Counted from the first letter of the stretch, positions 19,724 to 29,289 are shown. The stretch: DNA of 64,000 nucleotides from an uncultured Acidimicrobiia bacterium (GCA_963752075.1 CAVVWO010000007.1:14840-78839), one strand, 5' to 3'. Notes: generated by a model from the letters alone, not told the origin. Numbers and translations are program-made.

Positions 19724-20779
19724 TTATAGGACCAGATTGAAGAGGAAACCGACTGTCAGTATCCCAACGCCGACTACTCCGACGAAGACGCCGAGCAGGC
19801 GGGGTTTGAGTACCCGCCGCAACAAGACCAGTTCGGGGACCGATAGGGCAACCACCGACATCATGAATGCCAAGACGGTACCCAAGGCGAGGCCTTTGGC
19901 GTAGAGGGCTTCGACCAATGGCAGAATGCCGGCCGCGTTGGAGTAGAGGGGGATTCCGAGGCCAACCGCCACCGGTACCGCAAGAGGGTTGTCGGGACCT
20001 GCGTACTCCACGAAGAACCCCTCCGGAACCCAACCATGGATGACGGCTCCGATTCCTATCCCCACCAAGAGGTAGGGCCAGATCTTTGCGATGATGGAGC
20101 GAACTTCTTCACGGGCGATGTCGAAACGGTCTGCCCAGCTCAGAGCAGTAGACATGTCCACCGGTTGGCCTCGAAGGGTCGTCTCGAAGACGAAGGGTTC
20201 CACCCACCGTTCGAGCCGGAGTCGGCCGATGACCCATCCGGCCAGGATCGCCACAGCGAGGCCGGCAGTGACATAGAGGGCGGCGACCTTCCAACCGAAC
20301 AGCCCGAACAGCAACACCACTGCGACCTCGTTGACCATTGGGCTGGCGATCAGGAAACTCATGGTGATCCCCAGGGGTACTCCGGCTGCGACGAACCCAA
20401 TGAACCCCGGTACTGCACTACAGGAGCAGAAAGGGGTTACCACGCCCAACCCGGCCGCAGCCACATTCCCAACCCCTTCGCGGCGGCCCCCCAGCAAGGC
20501 CCGGGTGCGTTCCACGCTCATGAAACTTCGCAAGACGGTCACCGCGAAGATGATCGAACCCAACAGCAGCAGGATCTTGACGGTGTCGTACAAAAAGAAC
20601 TCGACCGCCAAACCCCAACGGCCGACCGAATCAAACCCGGCTAGGTCGAAGACCGCCCACTCCCAAAAAGGCCTGTTCAGTTGATACGCGATCAACCAGG
20701 CCCCAGCGGCTACCACCAACCCACCCCACGTCCGCCACGGCGCACGCACGACGGGCGCTGATCGCAGGCCGGTGCTCAC
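19724..20779 (-). CDS. DUF318/ArsP-type permease
   Basis: TPFCSCSAVP, FLIASP, GIPLYSN, ALSVPE motifs; multi-TM. Confidence 0.9.
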   Translation of the reverse strand: MSTGLRSAPVVRAPWRTWGGLVVAAGAWLIAYQLNRPFWEWAVFDLAGFDSVGRWGLAVEFFLYDTVKILLLLGSIIFAVTVLRSFMSVERTRALLGGRREGVGNVAAAGLGVVTPFCSCSAVPGFIGFVAAGVPLGITMSFLIASPMVNEVAVVLLFGLFGWKVAALYVTAGLAVAILAGWVIGRLRLERWVEPFVFETTLRGQPVDMSTALSWADRFDIAREEVRSIIAKIWPYLLVGIGIGAVIHGWVPEGFFVEYAGPDNPLAVPVAVGLGIPLYSNAAGILPLVEALYAKGLALGTVLAFMMSVVALSVPELVLLRRVLKPRLLGVFVGVVGVGILTVGFLFNLVL

Positions 20780-21081
20780 CGCCCGGCCTCAACGAGTTCG
20801 GCGGGGAGGGACCCGCGCACCAGGTCGGCTGCCGCAACTGCGAGCTGATAGTCGACCCATCGGCCCCGCTTCGAGGCTTCCACCAAGCCGGCTTCCCGGA
20901 GGACCCGCAGGTGATAGGACAGCAGGTTGGGGGCAACGTCGAGGGTCTCCTGCAACTCACACACACACTTCAATCCGCCGGTCAGTGCATCCAGGACCTG
21001 CAGCCGGATGGGGTCGCCGAGAGCAGAAAACAAGGTCGCCCGTGCTTCAAGCGTTATTGATTCAAGAATCGTTGAACTCAT
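20776..21081 (-). CDS. ArsR/SmtB family regulator
   Basis: FSALGDPIRL...CVCEL...LSYHLRVLREAGLV...GRWVDY. Confidence 0.92.
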   Translation of the reverse strand: MSSTILESITLEARATLFSALGDPIRLQVLDALTGGLKCVCELQETLDVAPNLLSYHLRVLREAGLVEASKRGRWVDYQLAVAAADLVRGSLPAELVEAGR

Positions 21082-21436
21082 GAGCCGATTGTCCACCACC
21101 GGCTGATCGGGCGGTAGAGGCGAAATTCCCTGTTGTGGCCCACAGATCCGGTGCCGCTGGGTCGCGATCGTCGCGGTGACGACCGGTCTGATGGTCCGGA
21201 AACGACGGGAACGCTGAGCTGGGTGGATTCACCTGGGCGGTCGACGGGTTCATGGCGCTCGACACGCTGGGGAACGTAGCATCGCAGAGCCTCCTCGAGC
21301 AGCGAGTGTTCGCTCCCGTCACGGCCGAGCTCACAGGGGGTCGCGATGGCGTCGACCGTAACGGCCGGGACGCTGCCCGACCCCATGGGAAACCTCGATC
21401 GGCCAAACCACCCAGCGGGCTCGGTAACCTCTCTGT

Positions 21437-21946
21437 ATGTCCGCTTCCGTGCTGGGTACCTCGCTGTTCGGCATCGTCTTCTGGTTCGGAGCCCCCCTGG
21501 TGGTTCGCGCATTCGGCCATACACCGCGGTTGTGGGCACGCCTCTGGCTGGTTGCCGCGATCGGAGCGGTGGCGGTGGCCTGGGATCTACCCAGCCCCTT
21601 CTTCACCGAACACACGGCAACCTTCTCACAGCATGCTGTCGGAGGGGGCGTTGCCTCGGTGTGTGTCGCTTACTACCTCCTCCACCATGCCGTCGAACAC
21701 ACGGTGATTCGCCGTGCCCTGGCGGTCTTGGCGGTCGTGTCGGTCCTGGGCGTGTTGAATGAGATACTCGAACTTCTCCTCGACGCGGTGCGGGGCACCC
21801 GGCTGGCCGCCGACGCTTCGTGGGATCTCCTTGCCAACACGGTGGGTGCTGTGTTGAGTTTTCTCGTGATCGAGGTCATCGGCTGGTTCGGCAGGTTTCG
21901 ATCTGGCGTGGTCCTCCCGAGCTCGGATCGACCGAATTTGGGGTGA
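21437..21946 (+). CDS. hypothetical membrane protein (5' end uncertain)
   Basis: Several TM segments; NEILE...D.SWDLLAN resembles DUF2238/VanZ-like membrane proteins. Confidence 0.55.
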   Translation: MSASVLGTSLFGIVFWFGAPLVVRAFGHTPRLWARLWLVAAIGAVAVAWDLPSPFFTEHTATFSQHAVGGGVASVCVAYYLLHHAVEHTVIRRALAVLAVVSVLGVLNEILELLLDAVRGTRLAADASWDLLANTVGAVLSFLVIEVIGWFGRFRSGVVLPSSDRPNLG

Positions 21947-21975
21947 TCGCCACACAATCATCTAGCCTGTCGTCC

Positions 21976-22872
21976 GTGGCTGCCAAAGAACTCAGCACCG
22001 ACCGCCTGCGTCTTCGAGGTTGGCGGCCATCCGACCGGCCCGTCTTCGCGACGATGAACGCCGACCCTGACACGATGCGGTACCTCCCGAGAACTCTGTC
22101 GACCGACGAATCCGATGCGTTCGCCGAGCGGATCGCCGATGACCTCGACCGAAACGGGTACGGACTGTGGGCAGTCGAGGTTCCCGACGTTGCGCCATTC
22201 ATTGGCTTCGTGGGTCTTGCGGTACCCGATTTCGACGCCCCCTTCACACCTGCGGTCGAGGTCGGTTGGCGTATCGCGGCGCACTACCAGGGAAACGGTT
22301 ACGCGCTCGAAGCCGCCCGGGCGGTGTTGGCCTACGCGTTCTCCGAGCTTGGCTTGGACCAGGTCGTCTCTTTCACGTCGGTTGCCAATGAGCCGTCATG
22401 GAGGCTCATGGAGCGTCTCGGAATGGAGGCGGACCCCGCTTCGAGTTTCGATCATCCTCGACTGTCGGCCGACAGCCCGCTTCGCCGCCATGTGCTCTAT
22501 CGAGCGGAGGCGACCAGCTGGCTACGCCGGCACCACAACCGTCGGGTTGTTCGCGCCCCATGGACCGCCAGCCAGAAGCACCCGATTGTGGTGTCCGAAG
22601 GGGATCGGGTCACCGTTGGGAGGCGCGACGACGAGTGGACCGACTATCGATGGTGTGTCGCGGAGACCGGTGAGACCAGTTGGCTACCGGTTTCGATTCT
22701 CGAAATCAGGGAAGACGGAACGGGCGTTGCGCTCCGCGACTATTCAGCGGCCGAACTGACGGTCGGCGCCGGGGATGTCGTGGAAGTCGAAGAACGCATC
22801 GCAGGTTGGAGTTGGTGTGTGACCGAATCCGGCCGCGCCGGCTGGGTGCCCGACCGGGTCTTGGGCGCATGA
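21976..22872 (+). CDS. RimJ/RimL-type GNAT acetyltransferase fused to tandem SH3-like domains
   Basis: RLRLR.W, FIGFVGL, VEVGWR, GNGYA.EAA, N.PS..LMERLGM; C-terminal ~110 aa with two SH3-like units (W.WC...G..GW.P); TAGCCT seven nt before GTG. Confidence 0.8.
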   Translation: MAAKELSTDRLRLRGWRPSDRPVFATMNADPDTMRYLPRTLSTDESDAFAERIADDLDRNGYGLWAVEVPDVAPFIGFVGLAVPDFDAPFTPAVEVGWRIAAHYQGNGYALEAARAVLAYAFSELGLDQVVSFTSVANEPSWRLMERLGMEADPASSFDHPRLSADSPLRRHVLYRAEATSWLRRHHNRRVVRAPWTASQKHPIVVSEGDRVTVGRRDDEWTDYRWCVAETGETSWLPVSILEIREDGTGVALRDYSAAELTVGAGDVVEVEERIAGWSWCVTESGRAGWVPDRVLGA

Positions 22873-23744
22873 AGGGAGACAGTCGGATGGCGGCCGCTCC
22901 ACAAGCCATCAGGGCGGCGGTGCCGCTCATCAAGCAAGCCATGGCCGGCTTCAAACGTCATCGCGTCCCTCGGATGGCCGCTGCCTTGGCGTATTACACC
23001 CTCTTCTCGCTGGCGCCGCTGCTCCTCTTGCTCTTTGCGATCGCCGGCTTCGTGGTGGGTGACGACGCCGCCCAGGACACCTTCCTCGCCCAGGTCGAGG
23101 AAGTCGCCGGAGAGGACATCGCCGCCACGCTCGACGATTTGGTGTCTGCTCGCGACGGAGGGACCGGCAACGATGTGATCGCATCCGTGTTCGGTTTGGT
23201 GCTGCTCTTCGTGGGGGCGTCTGGCGTGTTCCTCCAACTACAGGCGTCACTCAACACGGTCTGGGAGATCCCCATCGAGGAAACCACCGGCCTGGTGCCG
23301 ATGCTCTGGAAGCGGCTCCGGGGCTTTGCCGCGGTCCTCGTGCTCGGAATCGGACTCATTGTGTTCACCGTGGGAACAGGCCTCGTGGCTTACTTCGCCG
23401 ATGAAATCGCTGAACGGATGCCAACGGGAAACGCCATCATCCAAGTACTCAATCCACTGGTCGCGATTCTCGGCGTTTCGGCGCTCATGGCTCTGGTGTT
23501 TCGCTATCTGCCCGCTCGCCAGGTGAGCTGGAGGGTCGCAGGACTTGGTGGGCTTCTCACCACGGTGGTGATCATCCTCGGCTCGGCGGTGATCGGCGTT
23601 GTCTTTGCGCTCTCAGATCCCGGGGCGAGCTTCGGTCGGTTCGCCGCAATCGTGGTTCTACTCGTCTACATCTACTACCTGGCTCAGGCCTTCTTCCTGG
23701 GAGCCGAAATCACGGTGGCCATCGACAACGGTCCGGAGAATTAG
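22869..23744 (+). CDS. YihY/BrkB family membrane protein
   Basis: AAALAYYTLFSLAPLL, LQASLNTVW, FFLGAEI. Confidence 0.9.
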   Translation: MKGDSRMAAAPQAIRAAVPLIKQAMAGFKRHRVPRMAAALAYYTLFSLAPLLLLLFAIAGFVVGDDAAQDTFLAQVEEVAGEDIAATLDDLVSARDGGTGNDVIASVFGLVLLFVGASGVFLQLQASLNTVWEIPIEETTGLVPMLWKRLRGFAAVLVLGIGLIVFTVGTGLVAYFADEIAERMPTGNAIIQVLNPLVAILGVSALMALVFRYLPARQVSWRVAGLGGLLTTVVIILGSAVIGVVFALSDPGASFGRFAAIVVLLVYIYYLAQAFFLGAEITVAIDNGPEN

Positions 23745-24697
23745 ACCGAGGCGTCGGATGGCCGAGCCACGGGCCCCGTTTTGGGTGATCCGATGACCGC
23801 GTCGACGATGAGTTCGATCACTGCCTGGATCGTGTCGTCGAGCTGTTCCATGAGAATCACCGGAACCTGGCGGGTGGCGGCGACCGATCGAAGGTAGCGG
23901 TCGATCCTTCGCAGTTCGTCAAAGGAGTCCAGATATCGATCGGCGCTGCGGGTTCTGGCCTGCTCGGCTCGAGCCAGGAAGTGCGACCTGTGGGCGTCGC
24001 TGTCCTTGACTGCCAGGACTCCCTGGCAGATCACGGCGCTGTCGCTCCAACCGTCCATCTCGTCGTCGAAAAGACCGGGCACCAAATGAACTCCCTCCAC
24101 CACCAGGCCGGTGCCCTCAGAGATGGCTCGGTCGACGAGGCCTCGGATACCGCCTGCGACCATCTCGGCCTGTTGCTGAAAGCCGACAATGACCGGATCG
24201 TGATCGGACGGAACCGGGGCTCGCAACGCTTGATGGGCTTCAAACGAAGAGACGTGCAGTATCGGCACCAGCGACGGCGAAACCAGTTGTCGCATCACCT
24301 GCCTGACGGCATCGGTCGGGATCACACTGGGGATCCGGAGCCGCGCCCCGATTGCACCGGCCACGGATGATTTTCCGACCCCGGGGGCCCCTCCCAGGAG
24401 GACGATGATGGGATGCCCAAGGCGTCGACCTGCCACCCAGGCCCGGTAGCGGGTCGCTTTCCCGAGCCCGGCGTTCTGTTCGATCGCCTTCGCCGTGATC
24501 TCCAGCAGCTCCTCGACCGAGACCTCTGTCGAAGTCCGCTCGAACAGGCGCACTTCGGTTTCCTCGGCGATCGTGTAGGCGATCTCGGGTTCGATGCCGG
24601 CGACCATCATCGAGGAAGCGACGACGAATTTGGAGAAAGGCAACGGTGTCTCCTGCCGATCCAGAACCCAGATATATCGTCCGTGCGTACCTGCCAT
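23741..24697 (-). CDS. 2-phosphoglycerate kinase (archaeal type)
   Basis: N-terminal ATP-cone-like PFSK...S...AG; PIIVLLGGAPGVGKS; TDAVRQVMR; LHVSSF; VVEGVHLVPG; HRSHF..R; start could be 24745. Confidence 0.85.
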   Translation of the reverse strand: MAGTHGRYIWVLDRQETPLPFSKFVVASSMMVAGIEPEIAYTIAEETEVRLFERTSTEVSVEELLEITAKAIEQNAGLGKATRYRAWVAGRRLGHPIIVLLGGAPGVGKSSVAGAIGARLRIPSVIPTDAVRQVMRQLVSPSLVPILHVSSFEAHQALRAPVPSDHDPVIVGFQQQAEMVAGGIRGLVDRAISEGTGLVVEGVHLVPGLFDDEMDGWSDSAVICQGVLAVKDSDAHRSHFLARAEQARTRSADRYLDSFDELRRIDRYLRSVAATRQVPVILMEQLDDTIQAVIELIVDAVIGSPKTGPVARPSDASV

Positions 24698-24763
24698 GGA
24701 CTCGTCGCCCCTTCTCAAAAGCGTCCGGATCACCAGGGTGCTCATGGGTAGTATGACACTGCC

Positions 24764-25600
24764 ATGGCCTCGCTGACGATCGCCCAGCTTTCGGATATCC
24801 ATTGTGGCTCGCCGTTCTTCGATCCGAAGCTGCTCGAGGCCGCCGTCGAGGAGGTTCTCGACCTCCAGCCGGATATCGTTGTCATAGCCGGCGACCTGAC
24901 GCAAGAGGGCTACGCCGGAGAGTTCGAGACCGCCCGGGACGCGCTCCGACCGCTTCGAGAAGCCTTCACCACCGTGGTCGTGCCCGGAAATCATGACTCG
25001 AAGAACGTCGGCTATCTCCACTTCTACGACCACTTCGGCAAGGGGACGGCCGGACCGAAGGGTGATTGGTCCCTGACCATGGACCGGGCTCACTTCCCCC
25101 AGAGAGTGCGGCTCCTCGCGGTCGACAGTTCGAAACCCGACCTGGCGGAAGGCGAGATCGGCCGGGCGCGCTACGAGTGGATTCGTCAAGAGTTTGGAGA
25201 TCACGCCGACCTACGTCTCTTTGTCATGCATCACCATCTCGTTTCGGTTCCTGGCACCGGCCGGGAGCGGAACATCGTGTGGGATGCCGGCGACGTCCTG
25301 GCGCTGCTCGAGGATTCGGGTGTCGACATCGTTCTGGCCGGCCACAAGCACGTACCCCACGTGTGGCAGGTGGGTCGGATGCTGATCATCAACAGCGGGA
25401 CCGTGTCCTCGTACCGACTCCGGGGTTACACGCGCCCCTCCTACAACGTCGTGCGCATCGACGAAGAGTCGGTTGAAGTGACGTTGGTGTATCCAGGATC
25501 CGGACAACAGACCGCCGCACAGTTCGATCGAAGAACCACAGAGCTCACTCGCAATCCCGACATGGCCGGGATGTTCTCGAAGGCGGCCTGGCGATGGTGA
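24764..25600 (+). CDS. calcineurin-like metallophosphoesterase (Icc/CpdA-like)
   Basis: SDIH, AGDLT, PGNHD, MHHH, GHKH motifs complete. Confidence 0.9.
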   Translation: MASLTIAQLSDIHCGSPFFDPKLLEAAVEEVLDLQPDIVVIAGDLTQEGYAGEFETARDALRPLREAFTTVVVPGNHDSKNVGYLHFYDHFGKGTAGPKGDWSLTMDRAHFPQRVRLLAVDSSKPDLAEGEIGRARYEWIRQEFGDHADLRLFVMHHHLVSVPGTGRERNIVWDAGDVLALLEDSGVDIVLAGHKHVPHVWQVGRMLIINSGTVSSYRLRGYTRPSYNVVRIDEESVEVTLVYPGSGQQTAAQFDRRTTELTRNPDMAGMFSKAAWRW

Positions 25601-25902
25601 CCGTCCTCCGTTTGTTCCTGTCAGCCGTATCCGAAGCGGATCTGGACGAACTGATGTCCGGTTTTCGCGAGGATGTGGTTCCTGCCTTCGAAGCGGTTCC
25701 CGGGTGTCTGGGCATCGAGTTGGTGAGGGCCGATCAGGCCGGGGTGGGAGGACTGATCGAGGGGGGAGTGATCACCCGATGGGTTTCGAGTGAAGCAATG
25801 GAGGCCGGGCTCCAAGACCCCACGGTGATCGCCAGTCAGACGAGAGTGAGGGCGTTGCTGCGGCGCGAACCCTTGCGAAAGGTCTACGAGATCATCGGCT
25901 GA
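25594..25902 (+). CDS. ABM-like (antibiotic biosynthesis monooxygenase fold) protein
   Basis: 102 aa with PG.LG.EL and ITRW.S.EA..A pattern; overlaps the phosphoesterase stop. Confidence 0.6.
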   Translation: MVTVLRLFLSAVSEADLDELMSGFREDVVPAFEAVPGCLGIELVRADQAGVGGLIEGGVITRWVSSEAMEAGLQDPTVIASQTRVRALLRREPLRKVYEIIG

Positions 25903-27197
25903 GGGGGCCACGCGCCTTCAGCAACCGCAACGAGCTCCATCAGGCCCCCGCCCGGGAAGAGCACCCGGTTGTGGATAAGGCCGACGTCCATCTCTCGCCG
26001 GGTAGCCCATGGCAACACCAGGTCCACGGCGGCGGCCTTCACCTCGACCAGCATCAGATCGGCGGGTTTGGTCGAATCGAGGTCGGCAATCAGGCTCGTG
26101 CGATCCGAGAGGCTGTGCACCACCGTCACCGACCTCGCACCTGCTTGCACCAAGTCATCGGTCAGGTGGGCTCCCGCAGAGGGGGGAGCGGTGGTGGCCA
26201 CCACAACGCTTCGCCCGGACACCGACACGCTCGGCTCCAGCCGGTAGCCGCCCTCGACCACCACGATCTCCGGGTTGATGGAGCTGAGAATGGTCCGGAG
26301 ACGAGCCACGCTCTCGGGTTGACGGAGAGCCGGGTCGATGATCACCGCGGCCGCGGCGGTTCGCACCCGATACGGGCCGAGGTAGCCCCTCAGGTACTCG
26401 TGGTCGATATCCGCCGGCATGACCAGGATCTGGCTGTCCGCTCGGGCGGGTGGCACCGCGGTGCCGCTCCCCTCGAAGAGAAGAAGATCCGCCCCCAGTG
26501 TCGAAGCCACGCTGACGCCCGCCGCGAAATTGTGGCGGTCGGTTTCACCCGACAGGCCCGCTCCGCAGCGGTAGGTACCGATGGTGTCGACCCCTGCGAA
26601 GACGGCATCTTCGACATAGTCCGATGCGGCGTGAAGGCCGAGCTCCGCCATACGAGCGAGTCCGACGACCGATGCCTCGAACTCGCCGACCTCGAGAATC
26701 ACCGGGTCGGGCGGCCCGCCACGTCCCATGGTCACGATGCAGACCCGCCGTCCAGAATCTCGCCAGTGCCTAGCCAGCTCGATAGCCACCGCGGTCTTGC
26801 CTGTCCTCTTGCCGGTTCCGGTCACGGCCACCGTGGGAATGGAAGTGAGCGTTGGTTGGGTGGGAGGATCAAACCGGTAACCCGCACCCTGGTACGACAC
26901 TCCTCCCTGAAGGGAAACCGAAATCAGAGCGAAACGTCTCCGGTGGTCCAGCACGGGCTCGTCGCTGAGATCGACGACGAGATCAGGGCGGTGGGTCTCG
27001 ATGAGCTGTTCCAGCACCCTCAGCGGATCACCGGCGACCACGGGCACAGACAGAGTCGGTGGCCGATCCGTTTTCTCGCTGCCTCCGAGAAAGAGTGCCG
27101 CAACCAACGTCAGCCCGTCCGCCCGAAGCTCGCCAAGGGTCCGCTCGACGACCGGTGGGTAGTGCTGTCCGTCGATGAGCACAAGGCACCGTGGCAT
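25884..27197 (-). CDS. cpgS: cyclic 2,3-diphosphoglycerate synthetase
   Basis: LIDGQHYPPVV, FLGGSEK, DLSDEPVL, GTGKRTGKTAV, MGRGGP, HAASDY.EDA, EGSG, EVKAAAVD. Confidence 0.85.
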   Translation of the reverse strand: MPRCLVLIDGQHYPPVVERTLGELRADGLTLVAALFLGGSEKTDRPPTLSVPVVAGDPLRVLEQLIETHRPDLVVDLSDEPVLDHRRRFALISVSLQGGVSYQGAGYRFDPPTQPTLTSIPTVAVTGTGKRTGKTAVAIELARHWRDSGRRVCIVTMGRGGPPDPVILEVGEFEASVVGLARMAELGLHAASDYVEDAVFAGVDTIGTYRCGAGLSGETDRHNFAAGVSVASTLGADLLLFEGSGTAVPPARADSQILVMPADIDHEYLRGYLGPYRVRTAAAAVIIDPALRQPESVARLRTILSSINPEIVVVEGGYRLEPSVSVSGRSVVVATTAPPSAGAHLTDDLVQAGARSVTVVHSLSDRTSLIADLDSTKPADLMLVEVKAAAVDLVLPWATRREMDVGLIHNRVLFPGGGLMELVAVAEGAWPPQPMIS

Positions 27198-27275
27198 AGG
27201 GAATCGTACCCCGCCGACGCGCCGATGCGTCGGGACGGATTCCGCGATCCCCGGATCGGCGCTTAGGCTGCTGCC

Positions 27276-28206
27276 ATGGTTTCTCCCCGAATCGACGCAT
27301 TGCTCGACCGCACGGTCGTTCTCAGTTTCACGAACTTCGGCTACCAGCTGCGGAAATCGGAATGGTCCGAGATCCCTCGTATGGACGGCAAGACGGTAGT
27401 GATCACCGGGGCCACCTCGGGACTCGGACAGCGCCGCCGCCCATCGTCTCGACGCCTTGGGCGCCAACCTCGTGATCGTTGGGAGGAATGAGGCGAAACT
27501 GAACACAGTCCAGGCCGAGCTCGGGGGCCGTGTGGCCGTCGAGCAGTGCGATCTCTCGAGTTTGGCGGAGACGCGCGACCTCGCCGAACGGTTGCTTCGT
27601 CTCGACCGGATCGATGTGCTCATCAACAACGCCGGGGCAATGTTCGGGAAGCGGGAGCTGACCCCGGAAGGCTTCGAACGAACCTTTGCCACCAACCTCC
27701 TGAGCGGGTTCCTCCTCACCGAACTCCTCATACCGAAGCTCGTCGATTCTTCGCCCGCCCGGATCATCAACATGTCCTCTGGAGGCATGTACGCGCGTCG
27801 ACTCCAAGTCTCCGACCTGCAGAACGAACGTGACTACAAACCGGCGGATGCGTACGCCCACACGAAGCGAGCGCAAGTGATTCTCACCGAGGTGTGGGCG
27901 GAGCGCCTGGCTCCCCAGGGAGTCACGGTGCACGCCGTTCACCCCGGCTGGGCGGACACGGCCGGGGTACAGGACGCCATGCCGGTGTTCCGCAAGGTAA
28001 TGGGGCCGTTCCTGCGTTCGGCCGACCAGGGAGCAGACACGATGGTCTGGCTAGCCGCCGCGGACGAGCCGGCGCAAGCCTCCGGACAGTTTTGGCTAGA
28101 CCGCCGCCCGCGACCCACCCACCGGCACACGTCGACCGTCGAGTCGGAAGCCGATCGGATGAGCCTTCTATCTCAACTGCGCGACTACGCCGGCCTCAGA
28201 CCCTGA
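27276..28206 (+). CDS. SDR family oxidoreductase, DHRS12-like (apparent frameshift near 27433)
   Basis: TGATSGLG in ORF 27276..27491; NNAG, SSGGMY, YAHTK, HPGWADT in ORF 27457..28206. Confidence 0.8.
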
Positions 28207-28220
28207 GTCGAACGGTTAAC

Positions 28221-28321
28221 GGTGAAACCCCCCGGAGGAGTGGGGGGTTTCGGTGTCCTCAGGCCCTGGGGATTCGGGAAAGGGGGTACCCGTTCCGCAT
28301 AGCCTGAGAAAGTGTTGCACC
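28221..28321 (-). ncRNA. candidate small RNA with two C-rich loops (6C-like)
   Basis: Long interrupted hairpin with UACCCCCUUU loop, then a perfect 10-bp hairpin with ACUCCUCC loop; upstream TCAAG-N15-GCCGATAT. Confidence 0.5.
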
Positions 28322-28389
28322 ATAGATATCGGCTGAGCCAGACGCGAACTTGAGAGATTGTTTCGAAGCCTGGGTAGGCTCCACGACCC

Positions 28390-29289
28390 ATGAAGAAACC
28401 CTTGCTCGGCCCGGCGTTGGTCATGGCCGTCCTCGCCACATCGCTCGGTGCGATCCCCTTGCTGGTGCTGGAAATCGACTTGCCGGAACTCCAAATCGTC
28501 GCCCTTCGGGTCTGGTTGGGCGCCGCGTTGCTCTTGCTCCTCACCCGTCGAAATCCGTTCGCCCTACCGAAGGGTCTCGGGTTTCGGGTGAGCGTGGTGG
28601 GCGTCCTTCTGGCAACCCATTGGTTCACGTTCTTCTACGCGATAACTCATTCCTCTGTTGCCGTCGCTCTCTCCCTTGTCTTCCTTGCCCCGGTTCTGGC
28701 GGCGACCGCGGCATCTCGAATCTTCGGCGAGGCAGTCACTCCGGCAGTTGGCTTGGCCCTCCTCGTGTCGCTCCTGGGGTCGGTGCTCGTCGTCTGGGGT
28801 GCAGTCGCCGTGGATCCGTTGGGCCTGGTAGCCGGCGTGGTGAGTGCGGTCACCCTCGCGACGATGCTTATCGTGGGGAAGCCGATTGCGGAAGCGACCG
28901 GCGGACTGGCTACCGCCACGGCCCAGATGAGCGTGGCCGCCATCACCCTCGCTCCGTGGATGGTGGCGGCGTTCGCCCAGGTGCCGTGGGAGCCGCCCTC
29001 GTCGGCTTCCGCTCTCGAGTTCCTGGTTCCCGTGGCGATCCTTGGATTTGTTCTCACGGGGGTCGGGGCTCTCGTGAGCTGGTGGGTGATCGCCCGCATT
29101 CCGATCGCCACGGTGGGGGTGCTCTCGTACCTCGAACCTGCCTCAGCGGTCCTGTGGGCAGCTCTCGTCCTCGGACAGCGCCCCGAATTGCTCGCCTGGG
29201 TCGGAGTGGTGCTGGTGATCGGTGGCGGGATGCTGGTTGCGGTGGGCCAGGGATGGGGGGCACGGGACATTCGCGTGGCCGCGCCGTAG
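28390..29289 (+). CDS. EamA/DMT family transporter
   Basis: About 10 TM segments, two EamA repeats, LSYLEP motif. Confidence 0.88.
   Translation: MKKPLLGPALVMAVLATSLGAIPLLVLEIDLPELQIVALRVWLGAALLLLLTRRNPFALPKGLGFRVSVVGVLLATHWFTFFYAITHSSVAVALSLVFLAPVLAATAASRIFGEAVTPAVGLALLVSLLGSVLVVWGAVAVDPLGLVAGVVSAVTLATMLIVGKPIAEATGGLATATAQMSVAAITLAPWMVAAFAQVPWEPPSSASALEFLVPVAILGFVLTGVGALVSWWVIARIPIATVGVLSYLEPASAVLWAALVLGQRPELLAWVGVVLVIGGGMLVAVGQGWGARDIRVAAP

Noticed and set aside
21100-21436. Possible 5' extension of the 21437 membrane gene
   Set aside because: Would need several frameshifts and no frame gives a recognisable domain.
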